64,000 nucleotides of DNA from Tannerella sp. (GTDB lineage Bacteria > Bacteroidota > Bacteroidia > Bacteroidales > Tannerellaceae): the NCBI GenBank assembly GCA_031276675.1, contig JAISMO010000114.1, forward strand, positions 301-64,300, given 5' to 3'. The notes below the pieces were generated by a model. The model worked only from the letters and a program-made list of their open reading frames with translations, had not been told where the DNA came from and searched no databases. A program made the position numbers and the translations under genes. Numbering within the stretch: position 1 is the first letter of the stretch; every line of letters begins with the position of its first letter. Positions 27,899 to 36,885 of the stretch are shown piece after piece.

Positions 27899-28100
27899 TC
27901 TGATCGGGTGTGTGCCGTCTTCGGGCTACGGAGGTTGTTTTGCAGGGAAAATAAGGTGAAAATGAGGTTTTATCGTTGCCTGTCCAACAGGAGGGGCTGT
28001 GATATGCTATTGATTTTTCATCCCTCAAAATCAAAATCCCAGTCTTCACAGTTGTTTATTTTTAAATTGAATACATCCGTATGAAGCGGCTTGGTCGGTA

Positions 28101-28215
28101 CAGACAAAGGGTCTTTGACCGAGCGGACAAAGGGTCTTTGACCGGACGGACAAAAGGTCTTTGTCCGGGCGGACAAAAGGGCTTTGTCTGAACGGACAGG
28201 GTGTTGGGCGAAAGG
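28101..28215. repeat. tandem array B: ~5 x 23-bp units (CGGACAAAGGGTCTTTGACCGAG-type)
   Basis: The units are 28101-28123, 28124-28146, 28147-28169 and 28170-28192, plus a degenerate fifth. Unit 3 holds 8-bp inverted arms CGGACAAA / TTTGTCCG. Confidence 0.9.
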
Positions 28216-28380
28216 TGCGTGGCGGGTACGCGGACGATTGGTCGCAATCTCTTTGGCTTCCAGTCGATGGATGATGTCCTCTTCGTGAAGCGTACCCTTG
28301 ATTTCGGGCAACAGGTAATAATCGTTCGCTGTTTCTTCGGTCAGCTTATTCAGGTGAGCAATTGTTTTTAATACAGTCAT
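28216..28380 (-). pseudogene. N-terminal remnant of an HU-like / DUF4469 DNA-binding protein
   Basis: MTVLKTIAHLNKLTEETANDYYLLPEIKGTLHEEDIIHRLEAKEIATNR resembles the opening ~50 aa of Bacteroidales DUF4469 / histone-like proteins (as recalled). The rest of track ORF 28018..28380 is translated array B. Confidence 0.35.
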
Positions 28381-28669
28381 AAGGCTTTAATTTTAGAGTG
28401 AATATTATGGAATAAACAGAATCATCAACAAGGGGGAAAGCGAGGGTTCGCCCCTGCAGTAAGGGGCAGCTTGCCTCCGGATGGGCAGGCTAATGACTGT
28501 TGAAAATCAGGAATGTGTAATCGACTGTTGTTTATGGGAACTGCCATTTTTACTGTTGTTTTACAGGAACCGATGCAAATGTAATGCATTTACTCAGTTA
28601 TCCAAAATTTAAGGAACGATAAAAGGATGCCGACAGGCTGCAAGTCCTGCCCTTCGGGGCAGCCGTGGT

Positions 28670-28733
<64 letters not shown>

Positions 28734-28873
28734 TTGAAAGGCAGGACACCGACAGGCTGCAAGTCTGCCTCCCGCGCGGTCAACCGATTGAATTTCACGA
28801 TTCCGGTATAGATTTCGTTGATCGTTTGCGCTTTTTTTTGTTTTTCCCGACTTCCGTTTGATGAAGTTATGCC

Positions 28874-28881
28874 TACCTTTG
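28874..28881 (+). promoter_or_regulatory. -7 promoter box TACCTTTG
   Basis: 66 nt upstream of the aconitase ATG at 28948. The track ORF start (28858) lies upstream of this box. Confidence 0.55.
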
Positions 28882-28884
28882 TCT

Positions 28885-28906
28885 ACGCCGTTTCATCAAA
28901 CGGCGT
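28885..28906. promoter_or_regulatory. perfect 9-4-9 palindrome at predicted TSS of the TCA operon
   Basis: ACGCCGTTT-CATC-AAACGGCGT starts 4 nt after the -7 box. It is followed by GCTTTTCGAACTTTTTTCGAAG, which contains two TTCGAA. Confidence 0.35.
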
Positions 28907-28947
28907 GCTTTTCGAACTTTTTTCGAAGAACCATTGTTTTATATAAA

Positions 28948-31215
28948 ATGAAAAGGATGAACAGTTATTTTGATGTGATTGCCCGGTTTTATGACTCGCT
29001 GACGCACTCGGTGAAGCATACGCGGGGTTTGCTGGGGCGCCCGCTGACTCTTGCGGAGAAAATACTTTATGCGCATCTTTTCCGTCAGCCGGCGGAGCGC
29101 GTCTACGGGCGGGGAGTGGATTATGCCGGTTTCCGTCCCGACCGGGTGGCCATGCAGGACGCGACGGCGCAAATGGCGCTCCTGCAGTTTATGAATGCCG
29201 GACGCAGGGAATCGGCCGTGCCGGCCACGGTGCATTGCGACCATCTGATTCGGGCGGAACGGGGCGCGGCGCAGGACCTGGAAACGGCCAACCTGACGAA
29301 CCGGGAGGTATATGACTTCCTGCAGAGCGTATGCAGCAAATATGGCATCGGGTTCTGGAAACCCGGCGCCGGTATCATTCACCAGGTGGTGCTGGAGAAC
29401 TACGCTTTCCCCGGCGGGATGATGGTGGGAACCGATTCGCATACGCCCAATGCCGGCGGACTGGGAATGCTGGCCGTGGGCGTGGGCGGAGCGGATGCGG
29501 TCGACGTCATGACGGGGATGGAGTGGGAACTGAAAATGCCGCGACTGACAGGCGTGAAGCTGACTGGCGAGCTGTCCGGCTGGGCTTCGCCGAAGGATGT
29601 GATCCTCAAACTGGTTGGCCTGCTGACGGTGAAGGGCGCTACCAATGCCATCATTGAATATTTCGGTCCGGGCGCCGCCACGCTCACGGCCACCGGCAAG
29701 GCCACCATCTGCAACATGGGCGCCGAAGCCGGCGCCACGACTTCCGTCTTTCCCTGTGATGAGGCAATGAAGCGCTATCTGGAGGCCACCGGACGCGAAA
29801 GAGTGGCTGCGCTGGCCGACGCAGTGCAGGCTGACCTGCAGGCTGATCCGGAAGTGTGGCAACAGCCCGAACGGTATTACGACCGTGTTATCGAAATCAA
29901 TCTCTCCGAACTGGAACCTTACGTGAACGGCCCGTTCACACCCGACGAGGCCACGCCGCTTTCGGCCTTTGCCGCCAAGGTGAAGCAGAACGGCTATCCG
30001 CGCCGGATGGAGGTGGGACTGATCGGCTCGTGTACGAACTCGTCCTATCTGGATCTGTGCCGTGCCGCTTCGCTGGCGCGTCAGGCGCTGAACAGGAATC
30101 TGAAGGTGGCCGGGCGGCTGATTGTCAATCCCGGTTCCGAACAGGTCCGCTACACGGCGGAACGCGACGGCCTGCTCTATATCTTCGAGTCTGTCGGCGG
30201 CGTTGTCATGGCCAACGCCTGCGGCCCCTGCATCGGTCAGTGGAAGCGCGAGACCGATGACCCCGAGCGTCCCAATTCCATCGTCACCTCCTTCAATCGC
30301 AATTTTGCCAAGCGCGCCGACGGCAATCCGAATACTCATGCGTTTGTGGCCTCGCCCGAAGTGACGCTGGCGCTCACCATCGCCGGAGATCTGTGTTTTA
30401 ATCCGATGACCGATACCTTGACGAATGCCAACGGCTACGAAGTGAAACTGGAGCCGCCGACCGGCGAGATGTTTCCGCGCAGGGGCTTTGCCGTCGAAGA
30501 CCGCGGCTATGTTGAACCCGGCTACAGCGAGGAGGAGATTTATATCGCACCGGATTCCAAACGCCTCCAGCGGCTTGTGCCCTTTGCCCCCTGGGACGGC
30601 AGGGACCTGCTCGACATGCCGCTCCTGATCAAGGTGCAGGGCAAATGTACCACCGATCATATCTCCATGGCAGGCCCCTGGCTGCGCTACCGCGGGCATC
30701 TGGAGCATATTTCGGGCAATCTGCTGATGGGCGCCGTCAACGCTTTCAGCGGAGCAGCCAATGAGGTGAAAAATCAGCTCTCCGGCGCCTGCGGCAGCGT
30801 GTCGGCCGTGGCCGGGGAATACAAGGCTGCGGGCATCGCCTCCATTGTCGTAGCCGAAGACAATTACGGCGAAGGATCATCGCGTGAACATGCCGCAATG
30901 GAACCGCGTTTCCTGAATGTCCGCGTCGTGCTGGCCAAGTCGTTTGCACGCATACACGAAACCAATCTGAAGAAACAGGGTATGCTGGCGCTGACCTTTG
31001 CCCGCCCGGCAGACTATGACCTGATCCGCGAAGACGACCGCCTGAGCGTGAAAGGGCTGACCGCGTTTGCACCCGGCTGTCCCCTGACGGTGGAACTGAA
31101 ACACCGCGACGGCACGGTGGAGGCATTTCCGGCGAATCATACCTATAATGCAGTACAGATCGAATGGTTCCGCGCCGGTTCGGCCCTGAACTATCATGCA
31201 CCCAAATCGGAATAA
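28948..31215 (+). CDS. acnA: aconitate hydratase
   Basis: [35 protein letters not shown], the Fe-S cysteines ([17 protein letters not shown]) and the swivel-domain [10 protein letters not shown]. The alternative ATG at 28957 is possible. Confidence 0.95.
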   Translation: MKRMNSYFDVIARFYDSLTHSVKHTRGLLGRPLTLAEKILYAHLFRQPAERVYGRGVDYAGFRPDRVAMQDATAQMALLQFMNAGRRESAVPATVHCDHLIRAERGAAQDLETANLTNREVYDFLQSVCSKYGIGFWKPGAGIIHQVVLENYAFPGGMMVGTDSHTPNAGGLGMLAVGVGGADAVDVMTGMEWELKMPRLTGVKLTGELSGWASPKDVILKLVGLLTVKGATNAIIEYFGPGAATLTATGKATICNMGAEAGATTSVFPCDEAMKRYLEATGRERVAALADAVQADLQADPEVWQQPERYYDRVIEINLSELEPYVNGPFTPDEATPLSAFAAKVKQNGYPRRMEVGLIGSCTNSSYLDLCRAASLARQALNRNLKVAGRLIVNPGSEQVRYTAERDGLLYIFESVGGVVMANACGPCIGQWKRETDDPERPNSIVTSFNRNFAKRADGNPNTHAFVASPEVTLALTIAGDLCFNPMTDTLTNANGYEVKLEPPTGEMFPRRGFAVEDRGYVEPGYSEEEIYIAPDSKRLQRLVPFAPWDGRDLLDMPLLIKVQGKCTTDHISMAGPWLRYRGHLEHISGNLLMGAVNAFSGAANEVKNQLSGACGSVSAVAGEYKAAGIASIVVAEDNYGEGSSREHAAMEPRFLNVRVVLAKSFARIHETNLKKQGMLALTFARPADYDLIREDDRLSVKGLTAFAPGCPLTVELKHRDGTVEAFPANHTYNAVQIEWFRAGSALNYHAPKSE

Positions 31216-31218
31216 ACA

Positions 31219-32415
31219 ATGAGTAAACTGAAAATTCACAAGGGCGAATTGCTTGTGCCCGACTGTGTAACCGTCCCGTTTATTACGGGCGATGGGGTAG
31301 GGGCGGAAATTATGCCGGTCTGCCGGCGCACCGTAGATGCGGCCCTGCAAAAAGCATACGGCGGCAGGAAGCAGATTGACTGGCAGGAGGTGATGGCGGG
31401 AGAGCGTTCATTCAACCTGAACGGCTCGTGGCTGCCTGATGAAACGCTGAATGCCTTCCGCGACTGCCTGATTGGTATCAAAGGCCCCCTGACCACGCCC
31501 GTGGGCGGCGGCATCCGTTCGCTGAACGTCGCGCTGCGGCAAACGCTTGACCTGTATGCCTGCGTGCGTCCCGTGCGCTGGTTCAGGGGGGTGGAGTCGC
31601 CTCTGAAAGAGCCGTGGAAGGTGAACATGACCGTCTTTCGCGAAAATACGGAAGATATTTATGCCGGTATCGAATGGAATCAGGGTACACCCGAAGCAGC
31701 CAGGTTTGGCCGCTTCCTGAAGGAGGAGATGGGCGTGAGGAATATCCGTTTTCCGGAGACTTCGTCGTATGGCGTGAAGCCAGTATCGATCGAAGGCACC
31801 GAACGGCTGGTGCGTGCCGCCATCAGGTATGCCCTGCAGCACCGCCTGTCCGGTGTGACGCTGGTGCACAAGGGCAACATCATGAAGTATACCGAAGGAG
31901 GCTTCCGGCAGTGGGGCTATGAACTGGCCCGGCGGGAGTTTGCCGGCAGCGGTATTGAGGTCAGCGATGTGATTGCCGACGCCTTCCTGCAGAATACCCT
32001 GCTGAAACCGGAGGCCTATTCCGTGATTGCCACGCTGAACCTCAACGGCGACTACATCTCCGACCAGCTGGCCGCCATGGTGGGCGGCATCGGCATCGCA
32101 CCCGGCGCCAACATCAACTACGATACGGGACACGCCGTCTTTGAAGCTACTCACGGTACGGCGCCCGACATTGCCGGCTCCGGCAAGGCTAATCCCTCGT
32201 CGCTGCTGCTCTCGGCTGTGATGATGCTGGAATATCTCGGCTGGAAAGAAGCCGCCCGACTGATTACCGGCGCAATGGAGAACTGCTTCTCCAGCAGCCG
32301 GGCTACCGCCGACCTGGCACGCTTCATGCCGCAGGGACAGGCGCTGACTACCTCCGCTTTCGGAGACGAAATCATCCGGCTGATGACGGATGAAGATTTA
32401 ATGTGTAATATCTAA
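31219..32415 (+). CDS. icd: NADP-dependent isocitrate dehydrogenase
   Basis: [30 protein letters not shown] and HGTAPDIAG motifs. Confidence 0.95.
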   Translation: MSKLKIHKGELLVPDCVTVPFITGDGVGAEIMPVCRRTVDAALQKAYGGRKQIDWQEVMAGERSFNLNGSWLPDETLNAFRDCLIGIKGPLTTPVGGGIRSLNVALRQTLDLYACVRPVRWFRGVESPLKEPWKVNMTVFRENTEDIYAGIEWNQGTPEAARFGRFLKEEMGVRNIRFPETSSYGVKPVSIEGTERLVRAAIRYALQHRLSGVTLVHKGNIMKYTEGGFRQWGYELARREFAGSGIEVSDVIADAFLQNTLLKPEAYSVIATLNLNGDYISDQLAAMVGGIGIAPGANINYDTGHAVFEATHGTAPDIAGSGKANPSSLLLSAVMMLEYLGWKEAARLITGAMENCFSSSRATADLARFMPQGQALTTSAFGDEIIRLMTDEDLMCNI

Positions 32416-32427
32416 CGTTTAGAAATC

Positions 32428-33774
32428 ATGATCAAGAAGTTTTTAACCTACAAACTGGCCGATACAATCAAGCAGTCGTCAAAGATTGACAATTTGCTGT
32501 TTAAACAGTACGGCGTTAAACGCGGTTTGCGTAACGAAGACGGTTCCGGCGTACTTGTCGGACTGACGAGAATAGGAAACGTCGTGGGCTATGAACGTAC
32601 GGAAGAGGGGAAACTGAAACCCATCCCGGGCAAACTGTTTTATCGCGGATATGACCTCGAAGACCTCGTCCATGCCGCCATGCAGGAAAAACGGTACGGT
32701 TTTGAAGAAGTGGCCTTCCTGCTGCTTTCCGGCAACCTGCCCGACGGAGACGAACTGAAGGAGTTTCGCGAACTGCTGTACGAGAACATGCCCTTGCAGC
32801 ATGAAACAACCATGAGCATCATGTCGCTCCGCGGCAGCAACATTATGAATATCCTGGCGCGCAGCGTGCTCGAGATGTACACGTTTGACGGGAATCCCGA
32901 TGACCTGTCGCGCGAGAACATCATGCAGCAGTCCATCGAACTGATTTCACGCTTCCCGACCATCATTGCCTATGCCTACAATGTCCTGCGTCACCATGAC
33001 AAGGGGCGTTCGCTGCATATCCGCCATCCGAATCCCGAACTGGCTTTCGCGGAAAATTTCCTCTACATGCTGAAAAGGGATTATACGGAACTCGAAGCCC
33101 GTACACTTGACCTGCTGCTGATTTTGCAGGCCGAACATGGCGGCGGCAACAACTCTACCTTTACCGTGCGCGTGACTTCGTCCACCCAGACGGATATTTA
33201 TTCCTCCATCGCCGCCGGTATCGGCTCGCTCAAGGGGCCGCTCCACGGCGGAGCGAACATTCAGGTTGTCGACATGTTCAATTACCTGAAGGAAACCGTT
33301 GAAGACTGGAAAAACGTGAAGGAAATCGATGCCTGTCTGACCCGTATTCTGAACAGGGAGGCCTATAACCGGACGGGGCTGATATACGGTATCGGCCATG
33401 CGGTATATACCATTTCCGACCCGCGCGCTTTGCTGCTGCGCGAGCTGGCGCGGGATCTGGCGCAGGAAAAAGGCCGTCTGGCCGAGTTTGAGTTTCTTGA
33501 ACTGCTGGAGGAGCGTGCCGTTGACGTTTTTGCCCGTGTCAAGAACAACGGGAAACAGGTGTCCAGCAACGTCGATTTTTATTCCGGCTTTGTATACGAA
33601 CTGATCGGTCTGCCCGTCGAGATATACACGCCGCTGTTTGCCATGGCGCGCATCGTCGGCTGGACGGCTCACCGCAACGAGGAACTGAACTTTGCCGGTC
33701 GGCGCATCATCCGCCCGGCCTACAAGAACATCATTCCGGAAGCCTTCCCCTATGTGCCGCTGGCAGAAAGGTAA
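32428..33774 (+). CDS. gltA: citrate synthase
   Basis: LILQAEHGGGNNSTF, GPLHGGAN, GHAVY and the NVDFYSG catalytic blocks. Confidence 0.95.
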   Translation: MIKKFLTYKLADTIKQSSKIDNLLFKQYGVKRGLRNEDGSGVLVGLTRIGNVVGYERTEEGKLKPIPGKLFYRGYDLEDLVHAAMQEKRYGFEEVAFLLLSGNLPDGDELKEFRELLYENMPLQHETTMSIMSLRGSNIMNILARSVLEMYTFDGNPDDLSRENIMQQSIELISRFPTIIAYAYNVLRHHDKGRSLHIRHPNPELAFAENFLYMLKRDYTELEARTLDLLLILQAEHGGGNNSTFTVRVTSSTQTDIYSSIAAGIGSLKGPLHGGANIQVVDMFNYLKETVEDWKNVKEIDACLTRILNREAYNRTGLIYGIGHAVYTISDPRALLLRELARDLAQEKGRLAEFEFLELLEERAVDVFARVKNNGKQVSSNVDFYSGFVYELIGLPVEIYTPLFAMARIVGWTAHRNEELNFAGRRIIRPAYKNIIPEAFPYVPLAER

Positions 33775-33819
33775 CGGAGATTCGGAAAAACAGGATTCGA
33801 TCTTTCGGCATGTGAAGCA

Positions 33820-33868
33820 AAGGCACGGAACGACGGGCGGAACCAAGCCCGTTTCCGTGCCTTGTTTC
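33820..33868 (+). terminator. intrinsic terminator after gltA
   Basis: AAGGCACGGAA...TTCCGTGCCTT is an 11-bp outer stem with an inner ACGGGC/GCCCGT stem, followed by GTTTC. Confidence 0.6.
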
Positions 33869-33957
33869 AAACGGTTCGGCGAAAGGATACGGGGAAAAAA
33901 CGTTGCGCACTTGAAAATCCAGGCATTTCCTTGCAATGAGGTTGAAAAGCGGAAAAT

Positions 33958-34683
33958 ATGTTGAGTAAAACACGTGGAATCGTACTGCATACCTTGCCTT
34001 ACAGCGACAGGTATTCCATTGTTCATATCTATACGGAATCTTTCGGGCGCGTCGCCTATCTGGTCGCACGCAGGCGGAGAGGGAAAACGGCGGTTGCCCG
34101 TGCGCTTTTCCTGCCGCTGTCGGCGCTTGAGATGGATGTGGAACATCTGAATACGCGGGAAATCCAGCGCATTCGGGAGATGAAGGCCTGTTATCCGCTG
34201 ATTGCCATTCCGGCACATCCGGTGAAAAATATCATCGTGCTTTTTCTGGCCGAAATTCTTTACCGTACCGTGCACACGAAAGAACCGGACGCCCGGCTGT
34301 TCGAATACCTGTATGAATCCGTTCGCTGGCTGGAACTCTCGGACGAGGGCGTCGCCAACTTCCACCTGGTGTTTCTGATTCACCTGGTGCGTTACCTCGG
34401 CGTCTATCCGAATGCGGAATCCTACCGGCCGGGATGTTATTTCGACATGGTGAACGGTATATTTACCGGCAATCCTCCGGAACATCGCCATTATCTGGAC
34501 GAGTCGGAAAGCACCGTTTTCTACCGGCTGCTTCGGATGAATTACGCCAACATGACCGTATATGCCTTTTCGCGTCGCGAACGGTCGCGTATCATTTGCC
34601 GCATCCTGGAATATTACCGGCTGCACCTGCCCGATTTTTCTGAAATCAAGTCGTTTGCTGTTTTGCAAAGCCTTTTTGACTGA
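33958..34683 (+). CDS. recO: DNA repair protein RecO
   Basis: MLSKTRGIVLHTLPYSDRYSIVHIYTE is an OB-fold N-terminus; the 241-aa length fits. Confidence 0.9.
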   Translation: MLSKTRGIVLHTLPYSDRYSIVHIYTESFGRVAYLVARRRRGKTAVARALFLPLSALEMDVEHLNTREIQRIREMKACYPLIAIPAHPVKNIIVLFLAEILYRTVHTKEPDARLFEYLYESVRWLELSDEGVANFHLVFLIHLVRYLGVYPNAESYRPGCYFDMVNGIFTGNPPEHRHYLDESESTVFYRLLRMNYANMTVYAFSRRERSRIICRILEYYRLHLPDFSEIKSFAVLQSLFD

Positions 34684-34714
34684 GAAGCGGTTTGTCCGTT
34701 TGCAGAAAAGATAC

Positions 34715-34722
34715 TATTTTTG
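34715..34722 (+). promoter_or_regulatory. -7 promoter box TATTTTTG
   Basis: 18 nt upstream of the tRNA-Arg 5' end. Confidence 0.5.
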
Positions 34723-34740
34723 TGCACTTCAAAAAAAAGA

Positions 34741-34812
34741 GGTCTTGTAGTTCAATGGATAGAATGGAAGTTTCCTAAACTTTAGATCCGGGTTCGATTC
34801 CCGGCGAGACTA
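34741..34812 (+). tRNA. tRNA-Arg (anticodon CCT)
   Basis: Hand-folded cloverleaf. The acceptor is GGTCTTG/CGAGACT (with G-U pairs), the D arm GTTC/GAAT, the anticodon stem GAAGT/ACTTT with loop TTCCTAA, and the T arm CCGGG-TTCGATT-CCCGG. CCA is not encoded. Confidence 0.85.
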
Positions 34813-34816
34813 CGGT

Positions 34817-34841
34817 AAAACCCGCTAAAGCAGCGGGTTTT
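34817..34841 (+). terminator. intrinsic terminator after tRNA-Arg
   Basis: AAAACCCGC-TAAAGCA-GCGGGTTTT. Confidence 0.7.
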
Positions 34842-35012
34842 ATTCATTTATACTGCTTTACGTGTGTTTTCTTGCTGCCTTTGGGCCATTAAACGATACG
34901 AAAATGGAAATAATCCGGAAAACAAAAAAGGCGGGAAACAGCATCCCGGCACATAAAAAGCCTTAAGTCAAGACCCATCATCTCAAATGGTCCATTAGAG
35001 TTATCCGGGTAT

Positions 35013-35408
35013 TCATTTGTTAGCGACTTCCGATGAACAACTCAGGTTAACCAGTATGGTCTTCAACAGTTCCGAAAGTGCGGAATCCTGCTCCCGGACG
35101 GCAGCAAGCTGTTCCTTTCCCTTTTCCGTGAGTTCAAAGTACATCCGTCGTTTATCGTGATCGCCTAATGTCCGTTGTATCAGTTCCTTTTTTTCGGCAG
35201 ACGCGATTACTTTTGATGTATTGGAGCAGGTCAGGCCCAAGAGGGACGCGATCTCACCGGAGGTGCAGGGGCCTGATTTCAACAGGCTACAGAGTAACAT
35301 GCCTTCATTCAGCCCCAGCCCGTAACGGCGTTGAAACATGCTTTCAAACTCGACTATCGAGCGGTAAATATCCCGTATTCGACACAATGTTTCCATCATT
35401 CCATGCAT
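35013..35408 (-). CDS. MarR family transcriptional regulator
   Basis: Start MHGMMETL, a winged-helix block SGEIASLLGLTCSNTSKVIASAEKKELIQR and DKRRMYFELTEKG. The upstream part of the track ORF is in a different gene (mini-ferredoxin, other frame). Confidence 0.85.
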   Translation of the reverse strand: MHGMMETLCRIRDIYRSIVEFESMFQRRYGLGLNEGMLLCSLLKSGPCTSGEIASLLGLTCSNTSKVIASAEKKELIQRTLGDHDKRRMYFELTEKGKEQLAAVREQDSALSELLKTILVNLSCSSEVANK

Positions 35409-35413
35409 TTTAT

Positions 35414-35593
35414 TTATAGACCGACAGCCTGTTTCCCGCAATGTTTGACGCATTTGCCACATTCGATGCATTTTTCCGGGTCGATCTGAGGCAAAGCGTT
35501 TCCTGTTTGCGTGATGGCGCCTGCGGGACAAACTTGCAACAGCGGACACCGGTGATTTTGCGGACAAAGCCTTTTATTTACGGTAAGTGCCAT
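35414..35593 (-). CDS. 59-aa cysteine-rich 4Fe-4S ferredoxin-like protein (absent from ORF track, below 60-aa cutoff)
   Basis: My translation is MALTVNKRLCPQNHRCPLLQVCPAGAITQTGNALPQIDPEKCIECGKCVKHCGKQAVGL. It has CxxCxxCxxxC plus a Cx5Cx5CP motif. It fills the gap exactly, leaving 5 nt to the thioredoxin stop and 5 nt to the MarR start. Confidence 0.6.
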   Translation of the reverse strand: MALTVNKRLCPQNHRCPLLQVCPAGAITQTGNALPQIDPEKCIECGKCVKHCGKQAVGL

Positions 35594-35598
35594 AACGG

Positions 35599-36069
35599 TT
35601 AATGATTGAGCAATACACTTTTAATTGCATCCTCCAACTGAGTTTTGCTCATCGCTCCGCGTGTCATCTGAGGCGAACCTTGCATTGGAATAAACAGCAA
35701 CGTCGGGATACTGCGGATATTGAACGCAGCTGCCAATTCCTGCTCCTGTTCCGTATCTATCTTATAGATATGGATTTTTCCTTCATACTGCGCAGCCAGT
35801 TCTTCCAGAACGGGTGCAATCATTTTACACGGTCCACACCATGAGGCGTAAAAATCGACAATGGCCGGCCGGTCACCCAAATACTTCCATTCCGTCGAAT
35901 TTTCCTCGTAATTCACTACTTTCGACAGAAATTCCGCCTTGTTTAAATGTACTGTTTTCATCTTTTCTTCTGTTTTATTATTTTCTTCCGAATTTTTATC
36001 TGCCTGTTTGCAAGCATTTACCGTAAACAGCAGGATACTCCATAAAGCAACTGAACGTATCTTCTTCAT
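35599..36069 (-). CDS. exported (lipoprotein-type) thioredoxin
   Basis: The signal MKKIRSVALWSILLFTVNAC and the active site WCGPC. Confidence 0.9.
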   Translation of the reverse strand: MKKIRSVALWSILLFTVNACKQADKNSEENNKTEEKMKTVHLNKAEFLSKVVNYEENSTEWKYLGDRPAIVDFYASWCGPCKMIAPVLEELAAQYEGKIHIYKIDTEQEQELAAAFNIRSIPTLLFIPMQGSPQMTRGAMSKTQLEDAIKSVLLNH

Positions 36070-36302
36070 GGCTGATATTCTTTTATTTCTCCTTTATACA
36101 ACTCCTGCCTGTCCGGTTTCATATCCTGTGGCGAGCAGGCTGTGCCGCAACAGGATATGTTCAAGATGCCTTGCAGTAAAAGCCACGCTGCCAACAACAG
36201 CAAAAAGTATTCGCCGTTTAAAACGGCAAAAATCCCGATTCCCAAACCTGCAACGAAACGCACTGTACGCGCCGTATTCCATGGTTTCAACAACTTCTTC
36301 AC
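36066..36302 (-). CDS. DUF2892 (YgaP-like) small membrane protein
   Basis: GTG start (VKKLLKPWNTARTVRFVAGLGIGIF...), two TM segments and a terminal CCGTAC. It has a GTGA overlap with the upstream gene and an ATGA overlap with the thioredoxin start. Confidence 0.6.
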   Translation of the reverse strand: MKKLLKPWNTARTVRFVAGLGIGIFAVLNGEYFLLLLAAWLLLQGILNISCCGTACSPQDMKPDRQELYKGEIKEYQP

Positions 36303-36511
36303 TGTTTCCCTCCTTTCTTTTGAAACATGCCGAATATCAGTCCTCCCAGTATCGCACCCCAAATGACGCTCATTATCGGGGAAGATGTAACGGGACACGT
36401 GCCGGAAGTGCATCCGATTCGGAGCCAGTACAGGTAACCGCCTGCGGCTCCAAATGTACCGCCGGTTAACATTAGCCGGTGGTTTTTCAATAATTCGCTC
36501 AATTTATTCAT
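36299..36511 (-). CDS. DUF6132 family small membrane protein
   Basis: Internal start MNKLSELLKNHRLMLTGGTFGAAGGYLYWLRIGCTSGTCPVTSSP...; the GC.SGTCP motif is typical of DUF6132. Confidence 0.6.
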   Translation of the reverse strand: MNKLSELLKNHRLMLTGGTFGAAGGYLYWLRIGCTSGTCPVTSSPIMSVIWGAILGGLIFGMFQKKGGKQ

Positions 36512-36560
36512 ACCATATCTGTTTTGTTCTTCCGAAAATAAATTCCGGCGAAAATTTTTG

Positions 36561-36568
36561 CAAAGATA
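36561..36568 (-). promoter_or_regulatory. -7 promoter box (TATCTTTG on minus strand)
   Basis: Plus-strand CAAAGATA, 50 nt upstream of the ATG at 36511. Confidence 0.55.
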
Positions 36569-36686
36569 AGAGCTGTTTTCTGATTGAACAAATTTCCAAA
36601 GGAAAATATTTTGCGATATTTTCTCTTCCACAAAAATTGAATCGTATATTGACAGTGAAATGAGTGGATTTGCTTCGATTCGGGAG

Positions 36687-36755
36687 GCTTGGACGCCTCG
36701 GCCCAACATGCTTGGACGTCCCGACCCAACGGGTTTGGGCGCCTCGGTTCAAAAA
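36687..36755. repeat. tandem array D: 3 x 23-bp units
   Basis: GCTTGGACGCCTCGGCCCAACAT / GCTTGGACGTCCCGACCCAACGG / GTTTGGGCGCCTCGGTTCAAAAA. Short inverted arms are present (GAGGC..GCCTC, CCCAA..TTGGG). Confidence 0.8.
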
Positions 36756-36885
36756 GCCTTCGCCGGAGCAAGGCGCTTCCGCTTCTACCCTGTTCCGACC
36801 GTCGGCGATCCGAGGGTTATGAAAATAGCGTCCCGCAGGGAATTTGCGGCAGGCAAACCACTCTATTATAGGCTGCGAAGCATAC

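Noticed and set aside
28939-30708. 589-aa ORF antisense to aconitase. It is one of many very long antisense ORFs; others include 32947..34668, 14852..16441, 50394..51776, 62296..63531, 43804..44964, 58348..59466, 11698..12756, 13768..14820 and 60505..61554.
   Set aside because: The two I checked by coordinate arithmetic (28939..30708 and 32947..34668) are codon-aligned with the sense gene, with triplet boundaries at the same position mod 3. Antisense stops therefore only arise from the sense codons TTA, CTA and TCA, which these genes evidently avoid. The products are Arg/Gly/His-rich with no recognisable motifs, while the sense strands encode unmistakable housekeeping proteins.
32947-34668. 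573-aa minus-strand ORF spanning the gltA 3' end, the terminator gap and all of recO.
   Set aside because: gltA (start 32428) and recO (start 33958) share the same frame (both equal 1 mod 3). The codon-aligned antisense frame therefore stays open across both genes, and the 183-nt gap is open by chance. It has no protein-like features.
34813-36885. Small genomic islet integrated at tRNA-Arg (lower G+C by eye, tRNA on one side, array D on the other).
   Set aside because: There is no integrase. The only similarity to the tRNA 3' half is GATCCG(A)GGGTT (36807..36818 versus 34785..34794), which is too short and imperfect for an att duplicate. It remains a possibility, testable by G+C/codon analysis and synteny.
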